DNA of 53,315 bases, from contig NMRA01000618.1 of the NCBI GenBank assembly GCA_002633005.1, positions 1 to 53,315 on the forward strand, written 5' to 3'. This stretch comes from Phoronis australis (Eukaryota > Animalia > Phoronida). The notes beneath the pieces were generated by a model. The model did not search any database. It saw only the letters and a program-made list of their open reading frames with translations, and was not told the origin of the DNA. A program made the position numbers and the translations under genes. Shown here in pieces: positions 37,901 through 50,705 of the stretch. Every line of letters starts with the position of its first letter. Within the stretch, counting starts at the first letter, position 1.

Positions 37901-40147
37901 CATTTTAACCCTACCTGTTGGGTAGTATTGCCTTGGGCATTTTGTGTAGGTTTTATAACTAAAACACTAAGAGCTGAACGTTCAGACAGTAACCAATCTT
38001 TGTGAAGTGGATGACCTTTCATCAAATTACTTTTCAACTGTGCATGTTCAATCAGCAAACATTGCTTTTCTGAATCCTCGATGAACGAATAATCATTATT
38101 CATGTCATAAGACGCCACAGAATTACTGAGAATTATGGGAACGCCATTTTTTGAAGATTTCTTTGAAATGGATTTTTGTTTGAGTTATATTCTTACCTTC
38201 TTTCTAATGGAATTGGGCCTTAGATTTTTTATATAATCGGGTCTTAGATTTTTTTATTTAACAATCAAACGACAGACATCAATCTCCGTTTTTGTCAACA
38301 TCTAATTTCTTCAACTCTGACACTTGGTCGTAGTGCTATTGCTTGAAGAAAAAAATTTAGAAGATTCCAGAGACTTTAGATTGTCCATCACATAATGCAA
38401 GAGTTTGTGCAACTTGGCCTACCCTGTGAAGAAGTATATCGGTTGTTCAAATCTGCCAAAAAGAAACAAAAAATCAAAAGACTTGGTAGATGGTGGATAA
38501 AGGCCAGTCCCACTCAGCCCTATTGTAATTCTTTTCTCATTTTGCTCAAAGATAATTATCATTTTTCTATTTTTCAAGTTAAGTCTGGATTATTTTACTG
38601 CAAATATTAGAAAAACTGGTGTATGTTTTGATATGTTCAGTACAGAAAATCTGCAAAAAATTAGAAACTACATGTTGTTTTATGACGGAAATCAATTTAA
38701 GAACACTCTGAATTGTTCTTAATATTTATTTTTGTGAAGAAATCTGACAAAACAAAATCTCACGTGTCCGCCATATTGTATGCGAAATAGAGGAAGACCT
38801 GTATATTTGGAGTTGCCATCTTCATAGTTGAATAAATCGAGTTATTGGCGATGAATGTTTCTTTTGAAGTAATCGATTATCTACATTTGCTCCATGGTGT
38901 TCTCATTAACTAAGAACGTTAACTCTCAAAACGAGTTCCGCACAAAACATGAACAGAAACAATGAATTTCAAAGATTATGGCGAAGCAAGTTGGTTCAAC
39001 GTAATCTAATCACAAATCATTCACATTTAACTAAATATGTAGAACACTGTAGAAATTAGCTCTATAAAATTAATGACATATTTTCTGAAAATTGAAAGCA
39101 TTTTTAAAGTTTGAAAACGTTGAACTTTATACCAATCCCTCATTGATTGTGTCAGGTGATAGATTTAAGGAAATAGAAATGTACTATATTAAGTTCATAG
39201 CACAGTTATAGTATCATTAAACTGAACAAATTGTATAAATGTGATCAGTATATGTTTCACAGATTTTTTAATTTTGTGCAACTTCTGAGTTTCTTCATCA
39301 AATCAGAAAAGGCCCCTAATGCAAAATTAGAACTTGTTAAAAAGATTCCTCACAGCATTTTGGGGAACAGTGCATAAGGCTAGTATATGTAAATCTGAAG
39401 ATCATATGAATCTGATTAGTCATTTCTGAGGTATAACCTTCTGAAATTAGCCTAATTTGAAATTCCCTAAGGTCTTGTTAAACCTTATAAAATTTGGGTG
39501 GTCTTGTAGTCTGAACACCCATGTTACATGCACATTCAAGATTATGCTGCCCCATGTTTGTCATTATCCCCCTTGTATTTGAAGGCTGCCTGGAAAGCTT
39601 GTGTTGTGTTTTGTCTTGAAAGCTTTTTGTCTGTTGAAGTCACTGTTTGCAAGTCAACTGTTTTGTTTTTGGGGGTTGCCATACTTCAATGTACTACCCC
39701 TCCCTCTTTAGTTTCCAACCTAGTGTGCAGTCAAACATCCTGTTTGCAGACGACCGTGAAAGATTGGCACTTCTTTGCTTGAGATGTCTGAGATCATGTG
39801 AAAAATGCTGCTTTTTATTATCTGTTATGGTTACAGTCCATAATATGTGAAAAGCAACATTCTTAAAGTTATATGGGATACCTTGGTTGCCAAGGGTTGG
39901 ATTTGTTAAATTACTTTCTAAGTATTAACAATGTACTCTTGAAAGTAGATGTTTTAAAATTTTATGACCACAAAATCTCACTTGCACGAAAGCGAATCCT
40001 AGATTTTTTTGATCACAAGATTGTTTTTGCTTATAAGCTATTATAACATAGGTTACTTTATACCACAATATTAGTGTCAAATGGCAGATACAACTGTGTA
40101 ATAACCCATAAAGTTATTTCACTAGTGAGATAATGTTTTGGTGGGAA

Positions 40148-40216
40148 ACCAAAGACGGAGTCGAAACCGGAACCCTGGAGTTGCTGGTCACCGACTTTAC
40201 CACTACACCACGCAGC
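40148..40216 (-). mobile_element. tRNA-like sequence (Pol III A/B boxes)
   Basis: GTGGTGTAGTGGTAA ... GGTTTCGACTCC at tRNA-like spacing. Confidence 0.5.
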
Positions 40217-40780
40217 GACTGACGTCATCAAGAGTGAAAATAGAATACTTAAATGAGCACGCGCAATAATCCCATGTTCAACAAACCGCATTGTACTGTA
40301 CTTATACGCTATGAGAAATAAGACACATAATTTCCATAAAAACGATATCTTAATTAAGTGAAATTTTTTTCTTATGTCCTCTTACTTGTAAATCACCGAT
40401 CTCCAGTTTGAATGTGGGTATCGTGTCGTCGGGATCCTTCGACTTGAGAATTATATTCTGTTACCAGTGGTAACCTACTTTAGCAGACCGATAATTTCCT
40501 GGTCAAAGCTTAGCATGAAAAAAGTGTGTTTTGAGCTATACTGGTTTGTAAACCTTAATTTATCAATTCAATTTATTTCGTTTTTATTTAAGTTTTCAAT
40601 TGGTTTTGAGTAAAAGCATTATTTGACAAAAATAGCCCGGCTTTTCTTAAAAGGTCACGACCTCCGACCCCGGGCCTTTGACATAGAAAGTAGTTACAAA
40701 GCCGAGGAGAGTCGGAAAAGATAAATCGATTCACTGTAATGTTTCCCGCTTAGTAATAAGTATGTGGTATTAATAGATTA

Positions 40781-40929
40781 TTACATGTTCTCAGCCGTTA
40801 TCCTCCTTATCTAGAGCCCGAGTGGATTTTGGAGAATTATCGCCCGAGGGACGTTATTCCCTCGGGCGATAATTCTCCAAAATCCACTCGGGCTCTTGAG
40901 AACGGGGGAATAACAACTTCGCCATGTAA
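40781..40929. repeat. Long hairpin: perfect 39-bp inverted repeat (40813-40851 / 40858-40896, 6-nt loop) with imperfect outer arms; Crypton-type internal IR suspected
   Basis: AGAGCCCGAGTGGATTTTGGAGAATTATCGCCCGAGGGA-cgttat-exact reverse complement; outer TTACATG...CATGTAA. Confidence 0.85.
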
Positions 40930-43900
40930 TTATCTATATGTACTTTCCACAAACATTTTTTTCGTATTAAACTTGCAAGTTCAATTTCTTTCTTCTGTTA
41001 TCTGTGGAAGGATATCGAGGCCTTTTAATAGTGGAGCTTGGCTGTCAAATATTCTTCAGTCTTCGTTTTTGTCATCAGAATTCCCTGACTAAAAGGCCTT
41101 AAAAGAAAACCACAGACACACCTTTATAGCTAATGTCTAATAAAGACATACAATTTGTTTTATTGGTAATAAAAAGTGCATGTTTGTTGAAATTATGGCG
41201 ATCTTCGTGAAAGATCAAGATTTCGTTTTGAAAAAAAGCAGGCACATGATCAGGAACATAGAAATTATGTGTGTGGTTGTGGTGACATTCTGTGATCATC
41301 AAGGATTTTAAGAACATTTAGTTTTATTGGTGTACATGCTACAAAACCTTAAGAAAAATCACTAAGAATGTAACCTATTGACTTAAAGCTTTTTAATAGA
41401 ATATTTCTTACTTAAGTAAAACTGTTGTTTTCTTGCAATGACTAATGTCTATTTTGTTTCACATTTCCTTCATTCCCAGTACTTCAATAGGAAAGTGTTT
41501 CAATCAGGAACTTCACTTGATTTTACACACAGTGTAGTATGGACTCTTTGTTACTGCTCGATTTCTTCCTGTTAAAGTTTTTATTTCCTTGATTTATGCT
41601 TGTCATGGTCTCTCTGGTATTGTAACATGATATCCATACTCAAATCTCTCAATCGTTCCATTCTGACGCATGCTTGTGTGCCACTGGTTTGTCCGTGTTT
41701 GTTATCAAACGCACTTTCATGTATGAGGAACTAATGTCAACATTTAGTTACCCCTGCCTACCACTAGGTGGCAGTCGTGTAGTGAGCTACCTGTTCCAGA
41801 ACCCTTGGGGACTTCATGTCTTTGGGTTAGTCTTTTCCTCAGTTTTAAGGACTTGTGAAAGGTGTGGAAACGGGACCCTCGCCAGTCTGATTCAAAAAGT
41901 AGCATGATCTGCCATGTTCGGAATAGTTGGAAATACGCTACATGTGTCTAGTACTGTATGGCTTGGGTTTGTGCACAGAAGACAATTGGTAATTCTTCCC
42001 CTGTTTAACACTCAGTATGGTGGACATGTGAAGTTTAAGTTTTGCAGCAAAGATGAACATAAACATTAAATATGTTGTCTTTCAGTGAGCTGATATCATT
42101 TAACGAAGGTTCCAATGTGTAGCAAGATAACCGGCCTTTGAACATTAGAAATTTGGCAGTTATTTTTTAATTAAATAAGTGGACAACTCCTGTTACATTC
42201 TGAACAGTTGTTCTGAGAAACTTTTATTTGACATACTTATGGGTGCATTAAAAAGGTGATTATCTGGCGTTGGTTTCAATTTTGAAATTGAACAAATATA
42301 AATGGACATTTTCAAAGAATTTTGGAAAGTGGTGTTATATTTAGTTAAGAGTTTCTTAGGGTTTTCGGAAACAACCCAACTGTTTGTTAAATCAAAACTA
42401 CTCAGAACAGTAATGATGTTACTAGACACTAGTGACAGCATAAGCCATTACAACAGACACCATTTGAAATGTAGAGTATGCAGTGGTCACTGATAGAAAC
42501 CAGCCACAGTACAGAGAAAATTTGTGCAGCCATTACCTTCCTTTGGGAATGTGTATGTACATAGTAAAATCTGACTAGTTTCGAAAGAATAATTACATAA
42601 AGGTGTCAAACATTGATGTCAATGCTCACAAATTTTCAAAATGCTGTTTTGAATATGTAAAAGCATTTAATTTAGTGTTCTACATGTTTCATGGAAAAAT
42701 GATAAAATACAATTTTCTTAGTCAGCCATATTGTTTCCTGAATAGGTGAGATTACACTGTGTACATGCACGCAGCCATTATAGGCTTGGCGTTATTTCCT
42801 GCCATTTGCATTTTGGCAAATGTACTACACCATGTACTTGCAGAAGTAGTACTATAATTCGATTATACCACCTTGAACAGTATATGCATCACAAAGTCTA
42901 TAAATAAGTTGTAGACTGGCTATTCTGGGTATTAAATTGAACACTGTAACTATAAATAACCTCATCTGGTATGCTAATAACTATGGAGGCTTGTTTGGTA
43001 TGCTTCTGTGTGTGCAACTGACAAGATTTTTTCCATTTCATGAATTCACCCCACTGGGATTGTTTCCTCAGTAAGTCTTTGGAAGGTGTGCCATATGTGT
43101 ATTGCGTAGATTTTCTTGGGATTTCCAGTTGGAGCTATTGTTTGAGTCATCCTCTGGTAAATATTACAAGCATACATAGTGTTGTGGTGTATTTGGAGTT
43201 ATTCTCTGGATTACTGTTGGCACTAGTGCTAGGCGTCCATTGGTAAATATTACCAGAACATGTTGTGTATTGAGAGTTTGTTCACAGGGTTGCCAGTTGG
43301 AGATAGTGCTGAAATTCTCAGCAGTCATATTTTTGTTATGTGCATTACTGTTATTTTCAGACTTTTTGAGTGGTTGTTATAGCACCGAGATTTCTGTTGT
43401 GATATTGGGAAGATATAAGATATGTTTGCACAGTACATAGCCTTGAAATGGTCCTAGAATTTCTACTGGATTTAGATTTGGGAAGTCCTTGAAAGTCTTT
43501 GATTTTTTAGAGCTGGTGCGGACATTGTATGTATCAGTGTCTTCTTCTCAGGCTTTCTAGTTGAAGATTTGTATTGAGTCTCGCTCTACTTTTTTAAGTT
43601 TTTGATTCACGTTCTGTTCTCTTTGGTTTTCTGAATGAGCTAGACTCGAGCCTCTTGTTGAAATGGGTGATACATGAGGCACTGGCTTCCTAGTTTTCAT
43701 AGTTTGAGAGTGCTGAGCTTCTTAGAGATATGGGATACCTGACTCCACAACTGCTGTCAAGGTGCCTAGTTGTAGCCAGTAACTAATAGGGCTATAGGGA
43801 GTAATGCTTGTTATCCAAGCTGGTTTCTGTTTTTCACCACATGGTATGGAATTGGTAAACAGTTGGGATGCCTAGTGAAGTAAATCTTTGGAGGTTTATT

Positions 43901-44823
43901 GGTTAATCTTCATCTGAGGTCATCCAAGGTGAGTGCCCTATGAACCAGTCTTAGGAGCATTTTTTCTTGAGTTAGTTGGCAGCAAGCAAGTTTGGAATTG
44001 CACCTCAAGTGAGTTGAATTTTTGTCACAATATCTAGAGCATGATTTGAATAAAATGTGAATATAAGAGTGTTGAGGCACCGCCACTGTAGCTTCGTGAA
44101 TTAATTTTGATTTGCCTCGTTTAAACTGGCCAAGGTTTGGGTACTAGCTAAAGTATTAAGGTGTCAGTATATTATATTCCAAAGGATACCAGTGTTAAAT
44201 CTTTCTGACCATGCGAATTTCAGTGTGAATAACAAGCAATGATGTAACTGGACAATCAGGTATACCTCAAAAGTCAAAAGTTTTGGTAACTTTGTGACAA
44301 TTCACACATAAAAAGGAAAGTGCCGAAAGTTATGGTTTTCTTGCCGGAGGTCATGATTTCATTTTTCAGACTATTCCGTTGGTCTAACAGCTCTTCTTGC
44401 TAATATTGGTATTTAAGCAGTTGGCAAGTCGTAAATCGATAAGTAGGCGAATTCCATAGATTTTAATTTTTTTGTCAATAAGAACTTTTAGAACCTTGCA
44501 TTAACATTTAACTTTTCCTTCCTAGTTAAGGTGACCAGGATATACCCTGCATGAAGGCCTGGTGACCAGGCCTTTATCCAGGATTTGGAAAATAGGGCAT
44601 CCACATTAGTGCTAGGGCTTCCATTTGGATGCCCAGGACATACACTGCATAAAGGCCTGCTGGTGACCAGTGCATTCTCTTTCTTGTTTACACTAATGTA
44701 GTTGATTGTCTGTGTCTAGACACCTAGCTAAATAAATCTTCTCCATGTTCATTTACAGGAAGCATATTTTAACATCTGACTAATCAATGACAATGCTAAA
44801 TGTATTTGAGGTTGTCCCCATGG

Positions 44824-44923
44824 CAGAGTCAAACCCACAACAGAGTCAAACCCAGGAAAGAGTCAAAGCCATGACAGAGTCAAACCCACAGCAAAGTCAA
44901 ACCCACTGCAGAGTCAAACCCAG
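44824..44923. repeat. 17-bp minisatellite (CAGAGTCAAACCCA...) x6
   Basis: Visible tandem units. Confidence 0.85.
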
Positions 44924-45737
44924 GACCTCAGCAGACATTCCATTTCTTAGTTGCTAGCAGTGCAACCAAAGTGATGACCAAGTATTTAACCCACCCCCCT
45001 CCCCCCTCCGGATGGCCTGGAAGCCAATTAAAATCTATTGAATCGGCAATTCCTAATGAAGTCACAAAAATATATTTTAATGTTTCATAGATTTTATCAG
45101 AGCTGAAACCTTCAACACATCTATGCTTCCCATGTTTTTTGACCCCAAAACCGATGTTTCCCTTCAAAGTTGTTTTTTGCATAGGAGTTACTGTTAGGTA
45201 CAATACATATATATATAGACAAATTGAGAAAAATTGATAAAAAATGGAAAAGGTCAATTTTGACAATTATTTTTGTCTGAAATTGTTGGGATGTAACAAT
45301 ACGTAACAGTACGTTCAGCCATGGTCGTGGTCTTGGAGGGCATGACACTGCACCAGGCATTAAGGGGGTCCATTATGTTCCTCATATGAACAGTGCAAAG
45401 GTGGCCAAGTCATATGGCCTTAAGATCCGCGGCCACCAACTTCAGATCTACCCTTCATATTTTCTTGTTTTAGCACACAATTTGGTCAACTCATGAAATT
45501 TATTTGGTCAAATTCACAAACAAAAATAAAGGTCGTGTTGCAGTCCTGCCATTGTTGTTTGTCTTGTGGAGGTGCCATTAAACAACATTTTGTTTGTAAA
45601 TATAATTGCGTCACCATGTGACTGAAAAATATTGGAGTGACAATGTTGGCGATTATGTTGTTGTGAGATTAGTGAAGTTATACTATCAATAATTGAAGAA
45701 TTACGGTAGTTTTGTATTAACCTTTTGTCTCTTTTAG

Positions 45738-45940
45738 CGGAGGAGTCTCCTGGTCGCAACAAAATGTTGAGGAAGGCGTTCTCATTCCGTGATGACTTCA
45801 AGGGACTCATCCGTCGCACGCCCTCCATCACTTCTGCAGGTCAGAGGTCGCCATCCCCAGCGAAACGTGTCAAGTCGAGGACTTCAAGCCGATGTGACAG
45901 TTCTGAGGACCAAAGCAGGGCCCACAAACTGACCGAGTCG
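45738..45940 (+). CDS. Internal coding exon of a second gene, resembling the N-terminus of invertebrate C3G/Rap1-GEF (RAPGEF1-like)
   Basis: Strong acceptor ttttgtctcttttag| and donor |gtaagt; GC-rich open frame EESPGRNKMLRKAFSFRDDFKGLIRRTPSITSAGQRSPSP... The K-x-x-R-K-A-x-SFRDD...RSPSP pattern recalls the insect C3G KLARRARSFKDD motif (from memory). That this is an exon is high confidence; the identity is moderate. Confidence 0.7.
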
Positions 45941-46565
45941 GTAAGTCAACGGACGACTCGATATTCTGCAGGTGTTGCTAATGAAGAGAAGTCTTTTTGA
46001 GATTTGAATAGCTAGAGAGTATGAACCAGTTTGTTACCATGGTTGTGTTCCTGTGATAAGGGACACTCACATAATCACCATAATGTGGTCATTTCCACAG
46101 GAAGGTCTCTTGCTTCACTCGCGACACCTAGTGATTTTCTAGTTTGCTATTAGGAGACACTGCTTTATTTTGGTGGCGGTTTTCTTGTAATGTAGTGAGC
46201 TTACACAAGTTGGGTGCTCGCCTAAATTGGGTAAGCTTATCCATGGTTTCGATGCCCCTCAATACGAGATAAGCTGGATTTTGCTTTACTCAGATTTAAT
46301 GTCTTTTGGTACAATAGGATCCGACTTGTGGAAATTTGACATTTTATAAGAAATAGAAATTGAAATTTTTGAGAGTTCGTTTGGCTTTTCCTGGCTAAAC
46401 TGTGAGAGTAATCCCGTCTCGGAAGATTTTCGTCTTTTAACAACAGCTGTGGTCACAGTTCTGTCGCTAGGTAATGTGAAGATCAATCAGATATACGAGT
46501 GCTTGCCAGACTGTAGGCTTCCTCACCACAATTTTTAAACCTTTTACCTTTTCTAATTTATCCCA

Positions 46566-46629
46566 AGTTAGGCCATATCTTTGCAAGCTAGGAATCAAAG
46601 TTAGGCCATATCCTTGCAAGCTAGGAATC
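46566..46629. repeat. 33-bp tandem duplication
   Basis: AAGTTAGGCCATATCYTTGCAAGCTAGGAATC x2. Confidence 0.8.
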
Positions 46630-48100
46630 GTTTAATTTGGTAATTTAGCAGTGTTGGTATTTCATGTATTTTACCCTGTGTTGTTGAAACTGGGGAATTT
46701 TGAGTTACTGCACGCATCTCATTTGTTCATCAGATCACTAGTTAAGATTTTGTACAATAGGTGGTGTAGTGTAATCATTGACTCAGTTGCTTTTCAAATA
46801 GTTGTGCAATGATTTCAGACTTGAAGAATATGATTTGCCTGAATTGGTTTCCATTAATTATTGTTACGTATGTCGTGGAACTTAAGTCGGCCATGGATCA
46901 GTTAGGAAATAGTTATGAAATTCTTCTCTTGACTAGTTACTTATGATCCATTTCCAGTAGTTAGCCTTCTGTCTGTGTTTGAGTTGTGGGAAGGATATGT
47001 GAATCAGAGTTATGGATTATTTTAATTCGATTTAGAGTGATTTTAACAGTAACCAGTTGATAAGTACATCCTGTTTGATAAAATTTAGGAATTCACGTTT
47101 ACCTTAGGGACTACGCGCACGTTTCAATGATTTAAACAGTACAGTCATTTTCAGTGTTTACAGAACATGTTTGAGTTAACACCTTGAGGTCTTTTTCCTG
47201 AAAAGTGACTAAGAATTTAAGACGGAAATTTGGTCTTATGTCCCTCACGTCTATTTCTGAAAAGGAATTGTAGCTCACTCTAGCAAACAAATGTAGCATC
47301 TCCTAATACATCCATAGTTGTTACTAATTGAGAAATTTGTACAAATTATTTCCAGGCAGTCATCTGCTGTTAATAATTACATGATAAAACCTTTATTTTG
47401 CAATTGTGAAGCAGGGTTGTAAGACCAAATTTTAGATGAAACGGAACACTATCGAGAAATTGAAATATCAAGGAGTGGGCATTAAACAAGATGCGACACA
47501 ACATAATTGGCTTGAAAGTGAGGTTTCTGAAATGTATGGGGTTGGCATGAGCCTGTGGAATGGCTAAAGTAGAGTTTTGTTCTTCAGATTCACAAAATGA
47601 TGTTGTCCCTGTTCTGAAATCACTCACTTACAGAAGAATGTTACAGAATTATGAATAACATGACTTTTCTTCATGGACATTTTTAATAATACATTAAAAT
47701 CCACGAGGTTGTATATTTGGACATAACCAATCTGAGATTGGTACCCAGTTCTTTTATAAAAGGCTGACCTTGTGCGAAGTGTGTGCCTCAATATTTGGAT
47801 CGAATTAATCATGAAGCCAGCCATTAGGCATTTACCATGATAACACTCGTTTTGTGTTACCAAGAACTTACAAACCTTCTGCTTGTCAACAAAGGTGTTA
47901 GAAAACTGCTCCCTTTATTGGGACTTAAGTCTGAAATTGGAAAAGTGTGGCATTAAAATAGGTTAGTTATGGAACGCGCGAGTGCATTGCAGATCAGCTG
48001 TCGGTTCTGGCTGTTCAGTTGAGAACTCAAAATATGTTAAAATGGCAACAAAGAGGGACAAAATGTAATATTAAAGTGACATTCTCAGAGAGAAAAGTGA

Positions 48101-49520
48101 TTTTTGTGCGCCCACATATTTATATGTGGACGCATTATGCCGTCATCTCTGTCCGTCCGTCCGGGCGGCGTCCGTCCGGCGTCCGTCGTCCACTGCTTTA
48201 TCTCCAAAACCCTTTGACATACGTTCATGAAATTTGGCACATATGGGACGGCATGTGTGAACTTTCAGACGGATCCGACTACCGGTGTGCCCTTTAGTGG
48301 CAATTTTAGTTTCTTACGCTTACCTTTGTATCTTCAAAAGTCCTGAACGGATTTTCATGAAATTTTGTATGTAGCCACCTATCAGTGAGATGACCTATCC
48401 TCCCGTTTTCGGATGGATTCGACATAGTTTGCACCACCTAGTGGCCATTTTTAGTGTTTTCGAGTCTGTTTTTGTGCGTCCACCCCTCTATAAACCAAAC
48501 CGCTCAAAGGATGATTGTGAAATTGGCATGTATATGCTTACTATGTAGAGGACAGTTGACGATGATTTTCCGACGATTTCGACTACTGATGCGCCTCCTA
48601 GTGGNNNNNNNNNNNNNNNNNNNNNNNNNNNNNNNNNNNNNNNNNNNNNNNNNNNNNNNNNNNNNNNNNNNNNNNNNNNNNNNNNNNNNNNNNNNNNNNN
48701 NNNNNNNNNNNNNNNNNNNNNNNNNNNNNNNNNNNNNNNNNNNNNNNNNNNNNNNNNNNNNNNNNNNNNNNNNNNNNNNNNNNNNNNNNNNNNNNNNNNN
48801 NNNNNNNNNNNNNNNNNNNNNNNNNNNNNNNNNNNNNNNNNNNNNNNNNNNNNNNNNNNNNNNNNNNNNNNNNNNNNNNNNNNNNNNNNNNNNNNNNNNN
48901 NNNNNNNNNNNNNNNNNNNNNNNNNNNNNNNNNNNNNNNNNNNNNNNNNNNNNNNNNNNNNNNNNNNNNNNNNNNNNNNNNNNNNNNNNNNNNNNNNNNN
49001 NNNNNNNNNNNNNNNNNNNNNNNNNNNNNNNNNNNNNNNNNNNNNNNNNNNNNNNNNNNNNNNNNNNNNNNNNNNNNNNNNNNNNNNNNNNNNNNNNNNN
49101 NNNNNNNNNNNNNNNNNNNNNNNNNNNNNNNNNNNNNNNNNNNNNNNNNNNNNNNNNNNNNNNNNNNNNNNNNNNNNNNNNNNNNNNNNNNNNNNNNNNN
49201 NNNNNNNNNNNNNNNNNNNNNNNNNNNNNNNNNNNNNNNNNNNNNNNNNNNNNNNNNNNNNNNNNNNNNNNNNNNNNNNNNNNNNNNNNNNNNNNNNNNN
49301 NNNNNNNNNNNNNNNNNNNNNNNNNNNNNNNNNNNNNNNNNNNNNNNNNNNNNNNNNNNNNNNNNNNNNNNNNNNNNNNNNNNNNNNNNNNNNNNNNNNN
49401 NNNNNNNNNNNNNNNNNNNNNNNNNNNNNNNNNNNNNNNNNNNNNNNNNNNNNNNNNNNNNNNNNNNNNNNNNNNNNGGATGTGCTTGTATTATGAAGAT
49501 CACTCACATTTTGCCCCTAG
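48101..49520 (+). mobile_element. Helentron/pearl-like non-autonomous element with (GTCC)n and ~140-150-bp tandem core repeats, running into the gap
   Basis: TTTTTGTGCGCCCAC..palindrome, GTCCGTCCGTCC microsatellite, three repeats of ...TCATGAAATTTGG...CCTAGTGG. Confidence 0.7.
48605..49477. other. Assembly gap (873 N)
   Basis: Run of N. Confidence 1.
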
Positions 49521-50632
49521 CCTATTGAGGAGACAATGACCATGCCTTTCCATTTTGCAAAGTACAACATACTACATATGTGCCCTCTACTGGCCACTTT
49601 ATGGTACCAATAAACAACCCTAGAAGGATACCGTATACGGTGCAATTGTGGGCGCATTTCAATGCTCTGCGTTGCTCTTGTACATAAAATGGTAGTACCA
49701 CAGAGTTTGGCCCACTTGATCTGCTGTAGCAAGGGAATGCTTTGTTGCTGAGCCAAATCCTAGGTGTTAAAGTCAAAGAAACACATGTAGTTAACCCTGA
49801 TTACATGGTTAGAGGATGTTATATAAGGATCCAGGAAGCACCTACCCCATAACTAATACACAATCTGTAACCGAATAATGTTGAAATAAACGTGCCACTC
49901 ACGATTCGGACCCGAAGAACACACCGCCATTTTGAACTTACCGCGAACGCGGAAGTACAATTCATTCAGGGACCCAAGCTTAGTGTACGCCATCTGTGTG
50001 ACTAGAGCAGTGTCTGTTACCAGCTTGCAAACACGAATAAAATATTCGACAGCGCGCTTTAAGGTCAACAAAATCAAAATACGGACAATTGTATCGAAAT
50101 TGCTGACGAAATGTGGCGAAGAAATTTTGACAGAAATTATTTCACCGGACTCAGTCCCACAACCGATTGGACCCGGTGTGGACCGAGACCACTGAGACTC
50201 GGGCGAACGGTAAAGGCATGCAGTTGCAGGCTGTTTTGTCGAAGTGAAAGGTTCAAATCATAAATGCTGTATGCGTACAAAGAAAGTTTCAGACACTTGC
50301 ATAAAATTTTATGGTCTGATTAGTCTTGTGTCACACTGCCGTGGAAGCCCTTAGGTTAGGTAGCCTCAGTGCCAGCTAGCAGCATGAAGACTATCGTCAA
50401 AATACAGCTTGCTAGTATACAGCTTTGCGCCAAGCCTACCATTAGGCCTACCTGGTCCTGGCCGCAGATCACATCTCGGAAATTTCCGATTTGACGGATG
50501 ACAATGAATGAGCACAATGAAATTAAACAACGTCATTTTACAGCTTGTAGGATTCATAATAAACGTATTTTGAATATTGCAATGCATGTGTTCCAAAATC
50601 CAAGTAACTTGGGTCCTATATTTTTGTACAGA

Positions 50633-50705
50633 GGAGGCAGTGTGGCCTGGTTGATAAGTGCCCGCTTTCTTTACTCGAGGTCGTGGGTTCAAGTCCCACT
50701 AGTTC
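50633..50705 (+). mobile_element. tRNA-like sequence (SINE head or pseudo-tRNA)
   Basis: A box TGGCCTGGTTG; perfect T-arm GTGGG-TTCAAGT-CCCAC (B box); no good anticodon arm. Confidence 0.55.

Noticed and set aside
41958-41988. Alternative first exon (MAWVCAQKTI, phase 1) for the plus-strand gene
   Set aside because: Phase-compatible, but the donor is weak (gtaatt) and there is no homology support; could be chance
48454-49539. Long ORFs of 301-361 aa
   Set aside because: Artefacts of the N run
34837-50705. Functional tRNA genes
   Set aside because: A/B boxes are present but acceptor and anticodon stems do not pair convincingly
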